A DNA stretch of 64,000 nucleotides from Candidatus Woesebacteria bacterium (GTDB lineage: Bacteria > Patescibacteriota > Microgenomatia > UBA8517): the NCBI GenBank assembly GCA_013374835.1, contig CP055307.1:343315-407314 (forward strand), in the 5' to 3' direction. Below, piece after piece: positions 18,908 through 28,628 of this stretch. The notes beneath the pieces were generated by a model. It worked only from the letters and a program-made list of their open reading frames with translations. It was not told the DNA's origin and did no database searches. A program made the position numbers and the translations under genes. Numbering within the stretch: position 1 is the stretch's first letter; each line of letters opens with the position of its first letter.

Positions 18908-19048
18908 AAAACATGTTTTTAGAGAGTAAAATTGTAAACGAAGGAAAGATTATGGGGGAATATTTTAGATTTAAGTCTCCATCATTTTTGCAGACCGGAA
19001 ACTAAGAAAATACGGTTTTTCCTTCATTTGGTTTTTATATAATAAATT

Positions 19049-20227
19049 ATGGTTAAAAGTGAAAAAAAATTAAAAGAAGAGCTTATTAAAAAACTTGAAG
19101 ATGTGTCCCACATGAGTCGTGAGGAGGCAAAGAAGCAGCTTTTGGCAGAAGTCCAAGATGAACTTACTTCTGAGATTGCAAAAAGAATAAGAAATGCTGA
19201 AGACAGAATAAAACAAGAGGCAAACGAAAAAGCTCGAGAGATACTTGTGGATGCAATGAAACACGGCGCTACCGACTATGTGGCTGAGTATACGCTTTCG
19301 TCTGTGACTTTGCCTAATGAGGAAGCTAAGGGAAGAATAATCGGCAAAGAAGGCAGGAATATTAGAGCTTTTGAGAGGGCAAGCGGAGTTGAAATAGATC
19401 TTGATGAGGGCAATGAAATAAGGCTTTCAAGCTTTGATCCTATTAGGCGCGAGATTGCAAGGCGGGCATTGGAGATCTTGATTAAAGATACGAGAATACA
19501 GCCATCGAGAATTGAAGAGGTGGTTGAGCGGGTAAGGTCTGGGATGGATGATGTACTTCTTGAAGAAGGGAAGAAGATAGTAGAAGCTGTTGGGGAATAC
19601 GGTCTTCCTACTGATTTAATTAGACTTATCGGAAAATTCAGATTTAGGACTTCTTATGGGCAGAATTTGGCTATTCATACTATAGAAGAAACAAAGATAG
19701 GTATGGCAATTGCTCGTGAACTTGATGCAGATGTTGAAGTAGTCAGACTTGGAGGGCTTCTTCACGATATTGGTAAGGTGGTTACGGATAATGAAGGGAA
19801 TCATATACAAAAGGGTGTTGAGATTGCAAAGAGATTTGGTATGCCCAAAAAAGTTGTTTCTATTATTGCCGAGCATCATGAAGATAGACCTTTTTCTTCT
19901 ATTGAATCGGTGATAGTTTGGATAGCCGATGCGATTTCGGGTTCAAGGCCTGGTGCCCGCTATGAGCCTCATGAAGACTATGTGAAACGCATGAAGGCTA
20001 TAGAGGAGATAGCTTCGCGATTTGAGGGGGTAGTTGAGGCTGTTGCGTTTCAGGCGGGCAGGGACGTGCGGGTAATTGTTAATCCAGAGGAAGTTGATGA
20101 CGATAAGCTGACTATACTTGCGAGAGATATTGCAAAGAGCCTTGAGAAAGAGGCTAATTATGCAGGACAGATAAAAGTGACTGTTTTGAGAGAAACAAAA
20201 GCTTCTGAGACAACAAGCGCGAAATAG
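19049..20227 (+). CDS. rny: ribonuclease Y (N-terminally short form lacking TM anchor)
   Basis: KH domain (GRIIGKEGRNIRAFE) + HD domain (LLHDIGK…HH). 392 aa. Confidence 0.8.
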   Translation: MVKSEKKLKEELIKKLEDVSHMSREEAKKQLLAEVQDELTSEIAKRIRNAEDRIKQEANEKAREILVDAMKHGATDYVAEYTLSSVTLPNEEAKGRIIGKEGRNIRAFERASGVEIDLDEGNEIRLSSFDPIRREIARRALEILIKDTRIQPSRIEEVVERVRSGMDDVLLEEGKKIVEAVGEYGLPTDLIRLIGKFRFRTSYGQNLAIHTIEETKIGMAIARELDADVEVVRLGGLLHDIGKVVTDNEGNHIQKGVEIAKRFGMPKKVVSIIAEHHEDRPFSSIESVIVWIADAISGSRPGARYEPHEDYVKRMKAIEEIASRFEGVVEAVAFQAGRDVRVIVNPEEVDDDKLTILARDIAKSLEKEANYAGQIKVTVLRETKASETTSAK

Positions 20228-20267
20228 CTTGACAATTTGGGTTAATTGGTTTATGATTTTTTAGAAT

Positions 20268-20543
20268 ATGACAAAGAGACAGCTTATAGATCAGGTTGCC
20301 AGAAAGGCACATTTGTCGAAAAGGGCTGCTTCAGAAGCTGTAGATGTATTTCTTGACGAAGTCGGTAGGATTCTTGCAAAAGGTGAAAAGGTTGTTCTTT
20401 CGGGATTTGGGACGTTTAAAGTTAAAAGAATGGTGGGAAAAACAGTAAAGATCCCTAATACTGAGAAGTTTGTAACGGTTAAATCTCATAGACTTCCAAG
20501 ATTTACTCCAGGTAAAGCTCTCAAAAGAAAAGTAGCACGATAA
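20268..20543 (+). CDS. hup: HU family DNA-binding protein
   Basis: 91 aa. MTKRQLID…GFGTF…R.PRFTPGKALK signature. Confidence 0.85.
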   Translation: MTKRQLIDQVARKAHLSKRAASEAVDVFLDEVGRILAKGEKVVLSGFGTFKVKRMVGKTVKIPNTEKFVTVKSHRLPRFTPGKALKRKVAR

Positions 20544-20571
20544 AACTTCTTTAGATGCTATAATTTTTTAG

Positions 20572-21552
20572 ATGGAGAGAGCGATTATTGTTGAGCGTTT
20601 GGTCAAAAATTTTCAAGTAACCGAACGTAATGCGGGTTTTTGGGAGGCTTTAGGTTCTTTGCTTAAGCCGAAGAAAAAAACAGTTGAGGCTCTAAGGGGT
20701 GTTTCTTTTTCGGTTTCTGAGGGAGAATTTGTTGGGTTAATCGGTCCGAACGGAGCCGGTAAAACAACTATTTTGAAGATACTTTCGGGGATACTTTTTC
20801 CGACACACGGATTTGTTCAGGTTATGGGATATACACCTTGGGAAAGGAGAGAGTCTTATCTTAAAACAATATCCATGGTTATGGGACAGAAAAACCAGCT
20901 TTGGTGGGATCTTCCTGCAACGGACACTTTTGAGCTGAATAGAAGGATATATGGTATTTCCGATAGGACTTATCAGAAGAACTTGCGTGAGCTTGTTAAT
21001 CTTCTTGGGGTGGAAAAGTATATGAAGAGACAGGTAAGAAGGCTTTCTTTGGGTCAGAGAATGCGGCTTGAGCTTGTTGCCGCTTTGATACATAAGCCAA
21101 AAGTTGTTTTTTTGGATGAGCCGACGATAGGCCTTGACGTAATCGCACAAAAAAAGCTTAGAGATTTTATTAAGAAGTATAACAGGGAACATGAAGCCAC
21201 AATTATTCTTACATCGCATAACATGGATGATGTGATTGAACTTTGTAGGCGTGTAATTGTAATTAATGAAGGGGAGATTGTTTTTGACGGAGATTTGAAG
21301 GATCTTATTGTTAGATATGCAAAGGAGAAGGTGATAAAGTTCTCGGTGTCTTCGGAGATTGATACCAAGAAGCTTGTTAAGATGGGAAGGGTGGAAATTG
21401 CAAAATATCCTTATTACGAGCTTTATGTTTCAAGGTCCGTTTCTAAGATAGCCGCATCAGAGCTTCTTTCTAGTTTTCCTGTTTCGGACTTAACTATTGA
21501 AGAGGAGCCGATAAATGAGATTGTGGGTAAAGTTTTTTCCTCGAATGCATAA
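20572..21552 (+). CDS. ABC transporter ATP-binding protein
   Basis: Walker A GPNGAGKTT, LSLGQRMR signature, Walker B VVFLDEP. Confidence 0.85.
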   Translation: MERAIIVERLVKNFQVTERNAGFWEALGSLLKPKKKTVEALRGVSFSVSEGEFVGLIGPNGAGKTTILKILSGILFPTHGFVQVMGYTPWERRESYLKTISMVMGQKNQLWWDLPATDTFELNRRIYGISDRTYQKNLRELVNLLGVEKYMKRQVRRLSLGQRMRLELVAALIHKPKVVFLDEPTIGLDVIAQKKLRDFIKKYNREHEATIILTSHNMDDVIELCRRVIVINEGEIVFDGDLKDLIVRYAKEKVIKFSVSSEIDTKKLVKMGRVEIAKYPYYELYVSRSVSKIAASELLSSFPVSDLTIEEEPINEIVGKVFSSNA

Positions 21553-22345
21553 ATATTTTAAGCTTTATAGCGTAGCGTTTCGGCAAGAATTTGCCTATCG
21601 TGCTAATTTTTTGACTTCGCGATTTCGAAATCTGTTTCAGATATTTTTGGTTTTTTATCTTTGGAGTAGCGTTTTTTCTCAAGAGCAGGATTTTTTTGGC
21701 TATGATAGGGCGAGAATTTTAACTTATGTATTTGGAATACTTATTGTTCGAACCTTGGTGCTAACTACGCGCGCGACAGAGGTTGCCGGTGAAATTGCGC
21801 GCGGGGATTTGACCAATTATTTAGTTAAACCTATTAATTATTTTTATTATTGGTTTAATCGTGATATTGCGGTTAAGTTTCTTCATTTGATTTTTTCTTT
21901 TTTTGAGTTTTTAATCCTTTTTTATATACTTCGTCCCCCATTTTTTATACAGACTGACCCGGTAGCAATAATTGGATTTTTACTATCTTTGATAATTGGA
22001 ATAGTTTTGTTTTATATGATTGTTTTTATTGCCGGACTGGTGCCTTTTTGGGCTCCTGAGGCTAGTTGGGGAGTTCAGTTTGTTTTGATTTTTGTTGTTA
22101 CTGAATTTTTGAGTGGAGCGTTGTTTCCTCTTGATATATTTCCGAGACAAATTATGGATATACTTTCTTTTACACCTTTTCCGTATTTACTTTTTTACCC
22201 TATAAAAATTTATCTAGGTCAGATTGGCTTATTCGGGATTTTGAAAGGCGCTTTGGTTGGATTTTTGTGGATCCTGATACTAAACTTTTTTATGAAGAAG
22301 GTTTGGGCAGCAGGAATCCGGGTTTATAGAGCGGAGGGGAGGTAA
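21545..22345 (+). CDS. ABC-2 type transporter permease
   Basis: Polytopic membrane protein. ATG overlaps the ATPase stop (ATGCATAA). Confidence 0.6.
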   Translation: MHKYFKLYSVAFRQEFAYRANFLTSRFRNLFQIFLVFYLWSSVFSQEQDFFGYDRARILTYVFGILIVRTLVLTTRATEVAGEIARGDLTNYLVKPINYFYYWFNRDIAVKFLHLIFSFFEFLILFYILRPPFFIQTDPVAIIGFLLSLIIGIVLFYMIVFIAGLVPFWAPEASWGVQFVLIFVVTEFLSGALFPLDIFPRQIMDILSFTPFPYLLFYPIKIYLGQIGLFGILKGALVGFLWILILNFFMKKVWAAGIRVYRAEGR

Positions 22346-22346
22346 A

Positions 22347-23135
22347 TTGAAGAAGCTAAAATATTATTTATTAAGCTGGATTATAATGACGAAAAACTCT
22401 TTTTTGTCCGTTTTGTCGCAGAAGAAGGTGCTTGCGCTTTTTTTTGTAGGAAAGATTGTTCGTTTTTTGTTTTTTTATCTTTTTATTTATTATTTAATTC
22501 GTGAAACGGGTAGCCTGGCCGGATATAATTTTCATCAAACTATTTTTATATTTTTGACATTTAATTTGGTAGATATTTTAGCTCAGTTTTTGTTTCGGGA
22601 TGTGTACAGATTTAGGCCGAAGATAATTTCCGGCGAGTTTGATCTTACGCTTCTTAAGCCGCAGAGTGCGCTTTTTCGATCCATGATGAGCGGGGCAGAT
22701 GTGATTGATTTTGTTACACTACCTTTTATCTTTTCTTTAACTATTTATTTTGCGTTGTTTTTAGACCCGGGTGTTTTGGAAGTTGTGCTTTATACTGCTT
22801 TGGTTATTAACTCTCTTTTAATATCAAGCGCATTTCACATTTTGGTTATGGCTTTGGGAATAATTACTTTGGAGGTTGATTATTTAATTTGGATTTACAG
22901 GGATGTGCTTAATCTTGGGAGATTTCCAATAGAGATATTTGGCCGAAATATGAGGACCTTTTTGACTTACTTAGTTCCTCTTTTTACGATGATAACGGTT
23001 CCGTCTAGGGTTATGATGGGGGCTATTGACTTTGGTGTAGTTGCCGTTTCTTTTTTGGTGGGGGTAATTTTGTTTTTTTTATCGCTAAGGTTTTGGAGGG
23101 TGGCTTTGAGGCACTATACCAGCGCGAGCAGTTAA
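22347..23135 (+). CDS. ABC-2 type transporter permease (second)
   Basis: Polytopic membrane protein in the same operon. Confidence 0.6.
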   Translation: MKKLKYYLLSWIIMTKNSFLSVLSQKKVLALFFVGKIVRFLFFYLFIYYLIRETGSLAGYNFHQTIFIFLTFNLVDILAQFLFRDVYRFRPKIISGEFDLTLLKPQSALFRSMMSGADVIDFVTLPFIFSLTIYFALFLDPGVLEVVLYTALVINSLLISSAFHILVMALGIITLEVDYLIWIYRDVLNLGRFPIEIFGRNMRTFLTYLVPLFTMITVPSRVMMGAIDFGVVAVSFLVGVILFFLSLRFWRVALRHYTSASS

Positions 23136-24055
23136 TGATGGAAATGCTCTGGATTTTGGCTTTTTCGGGATTCGTTTCTCTTTTTTACCAGTGTGCCTAG
23201 ATTACGTTCTGCTTCTATTTTTTCAAGTTCTACAAACATTCCTGCGAGTTTTTGGATCTGGGGATTGTTTGGAGGAAGATTTTTTTTGCACAAATATACA
23301 TAAAATCTTTGAAGCACAGTATCCACTCTGTCGAGATTGGGGATATCGAGGGTTTGCCAAATTGTGTCACAGCTTTTTTGGTAGTCATTTATGATTTCTT
23401 CTTCGGGAATGTTTTCAAAACCATGCATTACTTTTAGCGCTTTTATTCTTGCCCGTTCACCAAGAGCAACTGCCAATACGCTTTGGGATGCGTTTAGAAG
23501 TAATGGATTTGATTCTCTCTTTGCCTCAATTGCTTTTTTTTGGCCTATTTCTATCGCTTGTTGGTAGTAATACTGAGCGAGGTCTAGATTGTTTTTTGAA
23601 ACTTTTGGTCTTCTTTCATACGTTCTTGCGATATTTCGTGCTATTTCTGCATTCCATACGATTGGTCCGTGTGGAGTTCGGTTTATGTTTTCAAGCCTAT
23701 CTGAATAAGCGTTTAGTTTATCGAGCCAATCTAATGCTTGGTCAAGGGCGCTATTTCGCTCTTCGTCGGATTTTAAGGTGTGGGCTGCCATGCTTTCTAG
23801 GGTGCCGGATGCCATAAGCGCGGAAAGGGCGACCAGAATTGTTGAGTCGGCTTGGTCGAGATCGTTTGATCTTGATAAAAGAGCTGTTGCTTCGTTAAAT
23901 GCTGTAGTTGCTATATCAAGAACATCTTGGTAATTTTGATTTTTGGCTGCTTTCATTTCACCACCAGCGGCGGCTCTTTTTTCTTCCGCAAATTCAAGAG
24001 TTTTGCTAAGTATATCTTGGGCTTCTTTTACCGATAAACTGTATTCAATACTCAT
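23132..24055 (-). CDS. hypothetical helical protein (307 aa)
   Basis: Long ORF with no recognisable domain. The plus-strand ORFs inside it are judged spurious. Confidence 0.4.
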   Translation of the reverse strand: MSIEYSLSVKEAQDILSKTLEFAEEKRAAAGGEMKAAKNQNYQDVLDIATTAFNEATALLSRSNDLDQADSTILVALSALMASGTLESMAAHTLKSDEERNSALDQALDWLDKLNAYSDRLENINRTPHGPIVWNAEIARNIARTYERRPKVSKNNLDLAQYYYQQAIEIGQKKAIEAKRESNPLLLNASQSVLAVALGERARIKALKVMHGFENIPEEEIINDYQKSCDTIWQTLDIPNLDRVDTVLQRFYVYLCKKNLPPNNPQIQKLAGMFVELEKIEAERNLGTLVKKRNESRKSQNPEHFHH

Positions 24056-24077
24056 TGTTTTATATTATACTATAGGT

Positions 24078-25067
24078 ATGATTAGAAATAAAAAGGTTCT
24101 TATTGTTTGTGGGCCGACGGCGACGGGAAAAACCGATTTGGCGATTTATCTTGCTAAAAAGTTTGAAGGAGAAATAGTAAGCGCAGATTCGAGGCAAGTT
24201 TATAAGGGGATGGATATAGGAACGGGTAAGGATCTTCCAAAAAATTCCAAATTCAAACTTTCAAATCTCAAAGAGGGGAAGGAGACGGTTGGATATTATA
24301 AAGTAGGTGGTTTGAGAATTTGGGGATACGACCTAGTTGATCCTACCCGTTTTTTAAAAAAGAATTTTAGCGTCGCACAATATCAAAAGATAGGGGAGAG
24401 AATAATTGCTGATATTTTAAAGCGAAATAAGCTTCCGATTATAGTAGGAGGAAGCGGACTTTATATTAATGCTTTGATTTACGGAATTGAAACTTCTCAA
24501 ATTAGTCCTGACCTCAAGCTTCGTAAAAAACTTTTTGACAAAAGCGCTGATTATATATTCTCCTTGTTAAGAGAACTTGATTCTAAGAAAGCATTGGCGA
24601 TGAATAACAGCGATAGAAAGAATAAAAGACGCCTTATAAGGGCAATCGAAATAGCTCGAAGTAAGCACAAAATTGAAAGTTTGAAAAGAAAGCCTAATTG
24701 TCAAATTTTGACCATTGGGATTAAATTGGAAAGGGAGAAGCTTAAAGACAGAATACAAAGGCGCGTGCAGAAACGTGTAAAGGACGGGATTCTTAATGAG
24801 ATTGAGAAGTTATTGAAATCTGGTGTTTCATGGGAAGATCAGTCTATGCAAGCTTTGGGTTATAGGCAGTGGAGGGGATATTTTGAAGGCATAGAAAGTC
24901 GTGAAGACGCTATTCGTCGATGGATAAATGAGGAATGTAAATACGCAAAGAGACAGATAACATGGTTTAAAAAACAAGAATTTATTCGCTGGTTTGATGG
25001 TGACTCTTCTTTATTACGAAGTCAGGTAGAAAAAGAGGTAAAAAGATGGTATAAATATAAAGTATAA
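24078..25067 (+). CDS. miaA: tRNA dimethylallyltransferase
   Basis: Start MIRNKKVLIVCGPTATGKT (P-loop), then …SADSRQVYKGMDIGT… IPPT signature. The track ORF start at 23943 is an upstream extension. Confidence 0.85.
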   Translation: MIRNKKVLIVCGPTATGKTDLAIYLAKKFEGEIVSADSRQVYKGMDIGTGKDLPKNSKFKLSNLKEGKETVGYYKVGGLRIWGYDLVDPTRFLKKNFSVAQYQKIGERIIADILKRNKLPIIVGGSGLYINALIYGIETSQISPDLKLRKKLFDKSADYIFSLLRELDSKKALAMNNSDRKNKRRLIRAIEIARSKHKIESLKRKPNCQILTIGIKLEREKLKDRIQRRVQKRVKDGILNEIEKLLKSGVSWEDQSMQALGYRQWRGYFEGIESREDAIRRWINEECKYAKRQITWFKKQEFIRWFDGDSSLLRSQVEKEVKRWYKYKV

Positions 25068-25069
25068 AT

Positions 25070-26053
25070 ATGCCAAGGAAGATTGAAATATCCCATAGAA
25101 CTATTGTTTTTACTGTATTTTTCTTGATTTTTTTGTGGCTTCTTTATCTTATTAAAGAGGTTATTTTACAGATTTTTGTGGCTTTGCTTATTATGACGAT
25201 ACTAAACCCGACGGTTTGCAAACTTCATAGGAATCTAAAAATGCCAAGGACAGTTGCAGTTGTTTTTGTTTATCTGGTTGTCTTTGGTATATTGACCAGT
25301 TTTTTTGCGCTTCTTGTTCCACCTTTAATTGAGCAAACAGGTAGTTTTGCAAACAGTATCCCAAAGTATGTGGAGGAGCTTAAAGTTCCGGAATTTGTAG
25401 CACAGGGAATCTCAAATGAAGCAACAAGCCAGCTTGCAAGACTCCCCTCTCAGCTTATAAAAATGAGTATCGCAATATTTTCCAATGTTTTAGCTATTTT
25501 TTCTGTGTTTATTTTTGCATTATACTTTTTAATTTTTAGAGAACGACTTGATGAACAATTAAGCGCTTTTTTTAAAAATGAAAAGAACGAGAAAAAAATT
25601 GAAAGGGTTATTGACAAGCTCGAATTAAGGCTTGGAGGCTGGGCTAGAGGCCAGATCGTGCTTATGGTGGTTGTGGGGCTTGCACATTACATCGGTTTTG
25701 TAATTATAGGTCTTCCTTTTGCAGTACCGTTGGCTCTTTTAGCTGGTCTTTTTGAGATAGTTCCCAATATAGGCCCTGTTATAGCTGCGTTGCCGGCAAT
25801 TATTGTAGCTTTTGGTGTATCTCCGGTTACCGCTTTGGCTGTCGCGACGCTTAGTGTGTTGATTCAGCAGTTGGAAAACTATGTATTGGTGCCAAAGGTA
25901 ATGGAAAAATCGGTTGGTGTAAATCCTATTATCACGCTTTTATCGTTGGTGATCGGCCTTAAGCTTGCCGGCGTGGTGGGTGCGCTTTTGTCTGTACCAG
26001 TAGTAATTACGCTTCATGTATTTTTTGATGAGTTTTTGTTTAATAAGAATTAG
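25070..26053 (+). CDS. AI-2E family transporter (UPF0118/PerM-like)
   Basis: 8-TM protein with conserved …GLFEIVPNIGPVIAALPAII… region. Confidence 0.7.
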   Translation: MPRKIEISHRTIVFTVFFLIFLWLLYLIKEVILQIFVALLIMTILNPTVCKLHRNLKMPRTVAVVFVYLVVFGILTSFFALLVPPLIEQTGSFANSIPKYVEELKVPEFVAQGISNEATSQLARLPSQLIKMSIAIFSNVLAIFSVFIFALYFLIFRERLDEQLSAFFKNEKNEKKIERVIDKLELRLGGWARGQIVLMVVVGLAHYIGFVIIGLPFAVPLALLAGLFEIVPNIGPVIAALPAIIVAFGVSPVTALAVATLSVLIQQLENYVLVPKVMEKSVGVNPIITLLSLVIGLKLAGVVGALLSVPVVITLHVFFDEFLFNKN

Positions 26054-26079
26054 ATATTTTTGCCTCGAAATGCTATAAT
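26050..26079 (+). promoter_or_regulatory. candidate sigma70-like promoter for rnpB (extended TGc-TATAAT at 26074-26079)
   Basis: TATAAT lies 6-7 nt upstream of the predicted RNA 5' end. A weak -35 (TTAGAT) sits 18 nt upstream. Confidence 0.35.
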
Positions 26080-26085
26080 ATATCC

Positions 26086-26418
26086 GCCTTGGAGGAAGGG
26101 TGATTGCTCCGATATTGTATCGGAGAGGAAAGTCCAGGCAGCTGAAGGCAGGGTGCCCCGTTTATGTAATCATGGACGGGGACGCGTAAGCGCTAGATAG
26201 TGCCACAGAGACAACGACTCACCAGTATACTTTAAAGGTATACAGGAAGAGGGTGAAAAGAGGAAAACCTCCCCGCTGCAACCTGCGAGTAAGGATTAAG
26301 GACGCCTTCCCAGCCTTGAAGACAGGGCATCCCGTATTGATTCGGGAGTCCCCGATAGATATCGGGGAGAGACAGATGATCACCGAGAAACAGAACCTGG
26401 CTTACTAGCCTCCAAGGC
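26086..26418 (+). ncRNA. rnpB: RNase P RNA (bacterial type A)
   Basis: Terminal P1 helix GCCTTGGAGG…CCTCCAAGGC. Universally conserved GGAGAGGAAAGTCCAGGC (CR-I) and ACAGAACCTGGCTTA (CR-V) motifs. ~333 nt between dtd and the AI-2E gene. Confidence 0.8.
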
Positions 26419-26442
26419 AAAAACCATATAAAATACCCTTAT

Positions 26443-26904
26443 ATGCGTTTGGTAATACAAAGGGTGAATAAAGCGAAAGTTGAAGCACAAAAACGGGTTG
26501 TAGGAGAAATCGATAAAGGGCTTTTTGTACTTTTGGGTATAGGAGAAGCGGACACAAGAAAAAATGCCGAAGAGATTGTTAGAAAACTTCTTAAGCTTCG
26601 AGTAATGGCTGATTCAAATGACAAAATGAATCTTGATATTAAGGAGGCCGGGGGATCTCTGCTTGTTGTATCGCAGTTTACCCTTTATGCAGATATGAGC
26701 CGTGGTAATAGACCTTCTTTTATAAAGGCTGCAAAGCCTGAAATTGCCCGAGATTTATATAAATATTTTATTAGCCTTCTTGTTGAAGCCGGAGTTTATG
26801 TACAAACTGGAGAATTTGGTGAATATATGAATATCAATTTGGAGCTTGATGGACCGGTAACAATATTGATGACTAACGACCCGCCTGACGGCGGGCAAAG
26901 TTAA
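26443..26904 (+). CDS. dtd: D-aminoacyl-tRNA deacylase
   Basis: …SQFTLYAD… motif. 153 aa. Confidence 0.85.
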   Translation: MRLVIQRVNKAKVEAQKRVVGEIDKGLFVLLGIGEADTRKNAEEIVRKLLKLRVMADSNDKMNLDIKEAGGSLLVVSQFTLYADMSRGNRPSFIKAAKPEIARDLYKYFISLLVEAGVYVQTGEFGEYMNINLELDGPVTILMTNDPPDGGQS

Positions 26905-26914
26905 TTACTAATAA

Positions 26915-27523
26915 ATGAGAGCGGTTTTATCTACAGTATTGAGAGTGTTTTTGATGAGTGCTGTTTGTGTTTTATTTGTGGTGTTTATTGGGAGCATATA
27001 TTTTGTCGGTTATTTACATGGATTTAATAATGCTTCTTTGCGAATTGGATTAATGGGACAGGAGAAAGAAGTTTCAGTGAAAATTTCTTCAACAGTTCCT
27101 TCCCCCACTCCAATAGTTATTGAAAGACCTGTTTATCCTAAAAAGAGCACCTCTAGTTTTGGAGGACCTGAGCTTTGGGAGGCTGTGAATAAAAGGAGAA
27201 CTGAACTTGGAGTTAATCCCCTTTCAAGCCGATCGGAGATTTGTACAATTGCTTCCATAAGGCTTAATGAGCTTCTTGAGATCGGATCTTTGGACGCGCA
27301 CGAGGGTTTTAGCAATATGCCCGAAAGAAGAGAGGATTTAAGATGGATATTTGAGAAGTATAATTTGACCGAGTTTTTGATACAAGGCGCAAGTAGTGCC
27401 GAGGAGGCTGTTTCTTCTTGGGAGAATACTTTGGGTCACAGTAAGCTTTTAACGGGTGGTGAGTATGTTTGGGGATGTATATACGCCCAGAATGGATTTG
27501 GTGTTGCCATAACAGCTTATTAG
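26915..27523 (+). CDS. CAP/SCP (PR-1-like) domain protein with N-terminal TM anchor
   Basis: HEGF…, GHS…, YVWGC CAP motifs. Confidence 0.6.
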   Translation: MRAVLSTVLRVFLMSAVCVLFVVFIGSIYFVGYLHGFNNASLRIGLMGQEKEVSVKISSTVPSPTPIVIERPVYPKKSTSSFGGPELWEAVNKRRTELGVNPLSSRSEICTIASIRLNELLEIGSLDAHEGFSNMPERREDLRWIFEKYNLTEFLIQGASSAEEAVSSWENTLGHSKLLTGGEYVWGCIYAQNGFGVAITAY

Positions 27524-28149
27524 CTAAGAAGGTTGTTTTTCTGTAGGAATTCTAGAAGTCTTTTTTTGCTTTTGTGCTGTCTACCGATGCTTACAAAAAG
27601 GCGATTTAAGTCTTTCCAATTTTTTTTGGGGATAATTTTTATGAGTTCTTTTTCAGTTTGTTCCGGATTTTTTGTGTTAACCCAACCTAATAAATTGCTG
27701 ATTCTGTGGACGTGAGTGTCAACGGCAATTGCCGGTTTGCCAAAAGCTCTGTTTAGGACTAAGTTTGCGGTTTTATTTCCTACTCCTGGAAGTGAAAGCA
27801 GATCCTCTTTTTTTTTGGGGACAATTCCTTTGTGCTTATACAAAATAATTTCTGCAAGGGCTTTTAGATGTTTTGCTTTGGTTTTGTAGAAACCTACAGG
27901 GTATATCAAATTTCTAATTTCTAACTCCTCTAATTTATTTAAACTTTGGAGGTTGGGTGCTTTGGAAAATAAACGTTTTGAAGCGGCGAGAGTGGTGTCG
28001 TCGTTAGTGCGTGAGGATAAAAGAGTTGATACAAGAGTTTTGTAAGGGTCGTTGCCGAATATTTCGAGTGGTACTTCTTGGTAATTTTTTTCGAAAACAT
28101 TAAAAACCCTTTGTATTTTATTTTCTTTTAAGTTAGACTTTGATAGCAT
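27520..28149 (-). CDS. nth: endonuclease III-like HhH-GPD DNA glycosylase (no Fe-S Cys cluster)
   Basis: LPGVGNKTANLVL HhH followed by catalytic D (AVDTHVHRI). Confidence 0.7.
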   Translation of the reverse strand: MLSKSNLKENKIQRVFNVFEKNYQEVPLEIFGNDPYKTLVSTLLSSRTNDDTTLAASKRLFSKAPNLQSLNKLEELEIRNLIYPVGFYKTKAKHLKALAEIILYKHKGIVPKKKEDLLSLPGVGNKTANLVLNRAFGKPAIAVDTHVHRISNLLGWVNTKNPEQTEKELIKIIPKKNWKDLNRLFVSIGRQHKSKKRLLEFLQKNNLLS

Positions 28150-28156
28150 AATTAAA

Positions 28157-28624
28157 GTGGTTGAACAGATAATAGAACTTTTACCGGTAATATTAATAGG
28201 TATTTTACTTTGGCTTTTTGGATTGACTATTGTATTTTACTGGATTTTTGTGCATTATAAAAAACTTGGGAAGGGTGTTAAATCTGGGAATCTTGTAAAA
28301 GTAATTGATGGATTAGTTGATATTGAGAAATCAAACATAAAGGCGATTGATGAAGTTAAGGCTGCGATTGTAGCGATTGAAAAAGATTCTTTAAAGCATA
28401 TACAAAAATTCGGGCTTGTCAGATTTAACCCTTTTAATGAAACGGGTGGAGACCAGAGTTTTTCTTTGTGTTTGTTGGATAACAAAGAAAACGGATTTAT
28501 GATAAGCTGTTTACATACTCGGGACAGAACGCGTGTTTATGCTAAGCCGATAAGCGCAGGAAAGAGCAAATACGAGCTTTCGAAGGAAGAAAAAAAGGCG
28601 CTTGAGCTGGCAAAGAAATCTTAA
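28157..28624 (+). CDS. DUF4446-like protein (N-terminal TM)
   Basis: …VRFNPFNETGGDQSFSLCLLD…HTRDRTRVYAK… pattern recalled as DUF4446. Confidence 0.45.
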   Translation: MVEQIIELLPVILIGILLWLFGLTIVFYWIFVHYKKLGKGVKSGNLVKVIDGLVDIEKSNIKAIDEVKAAIVAIEKDSLKHIQKFGLVRFNPFNETGGDQSFSLCLLDNKENGFMISCLHTRDRTRVYAKPISAGKSKYELSKEEKKALELAKKS

Positions 28625-28628
28625 AAAT

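Noticed and set aside
23943-24077. Long N-terminal extension of miaA in the ORF track
   Set aside because: It overlaps the convergent upstream gene. The conserved P-loop start MIRNKKVLIVCGPTATGKT begins at 24078.
26232-26624. Track ORFs 26232-26420 (-) and 26439-26624 (-)
   Set aside because: 26232-26420 lies inside the RNase P RNA gene; 26439-26624 is antisense to dtd. Both are judged spurious.
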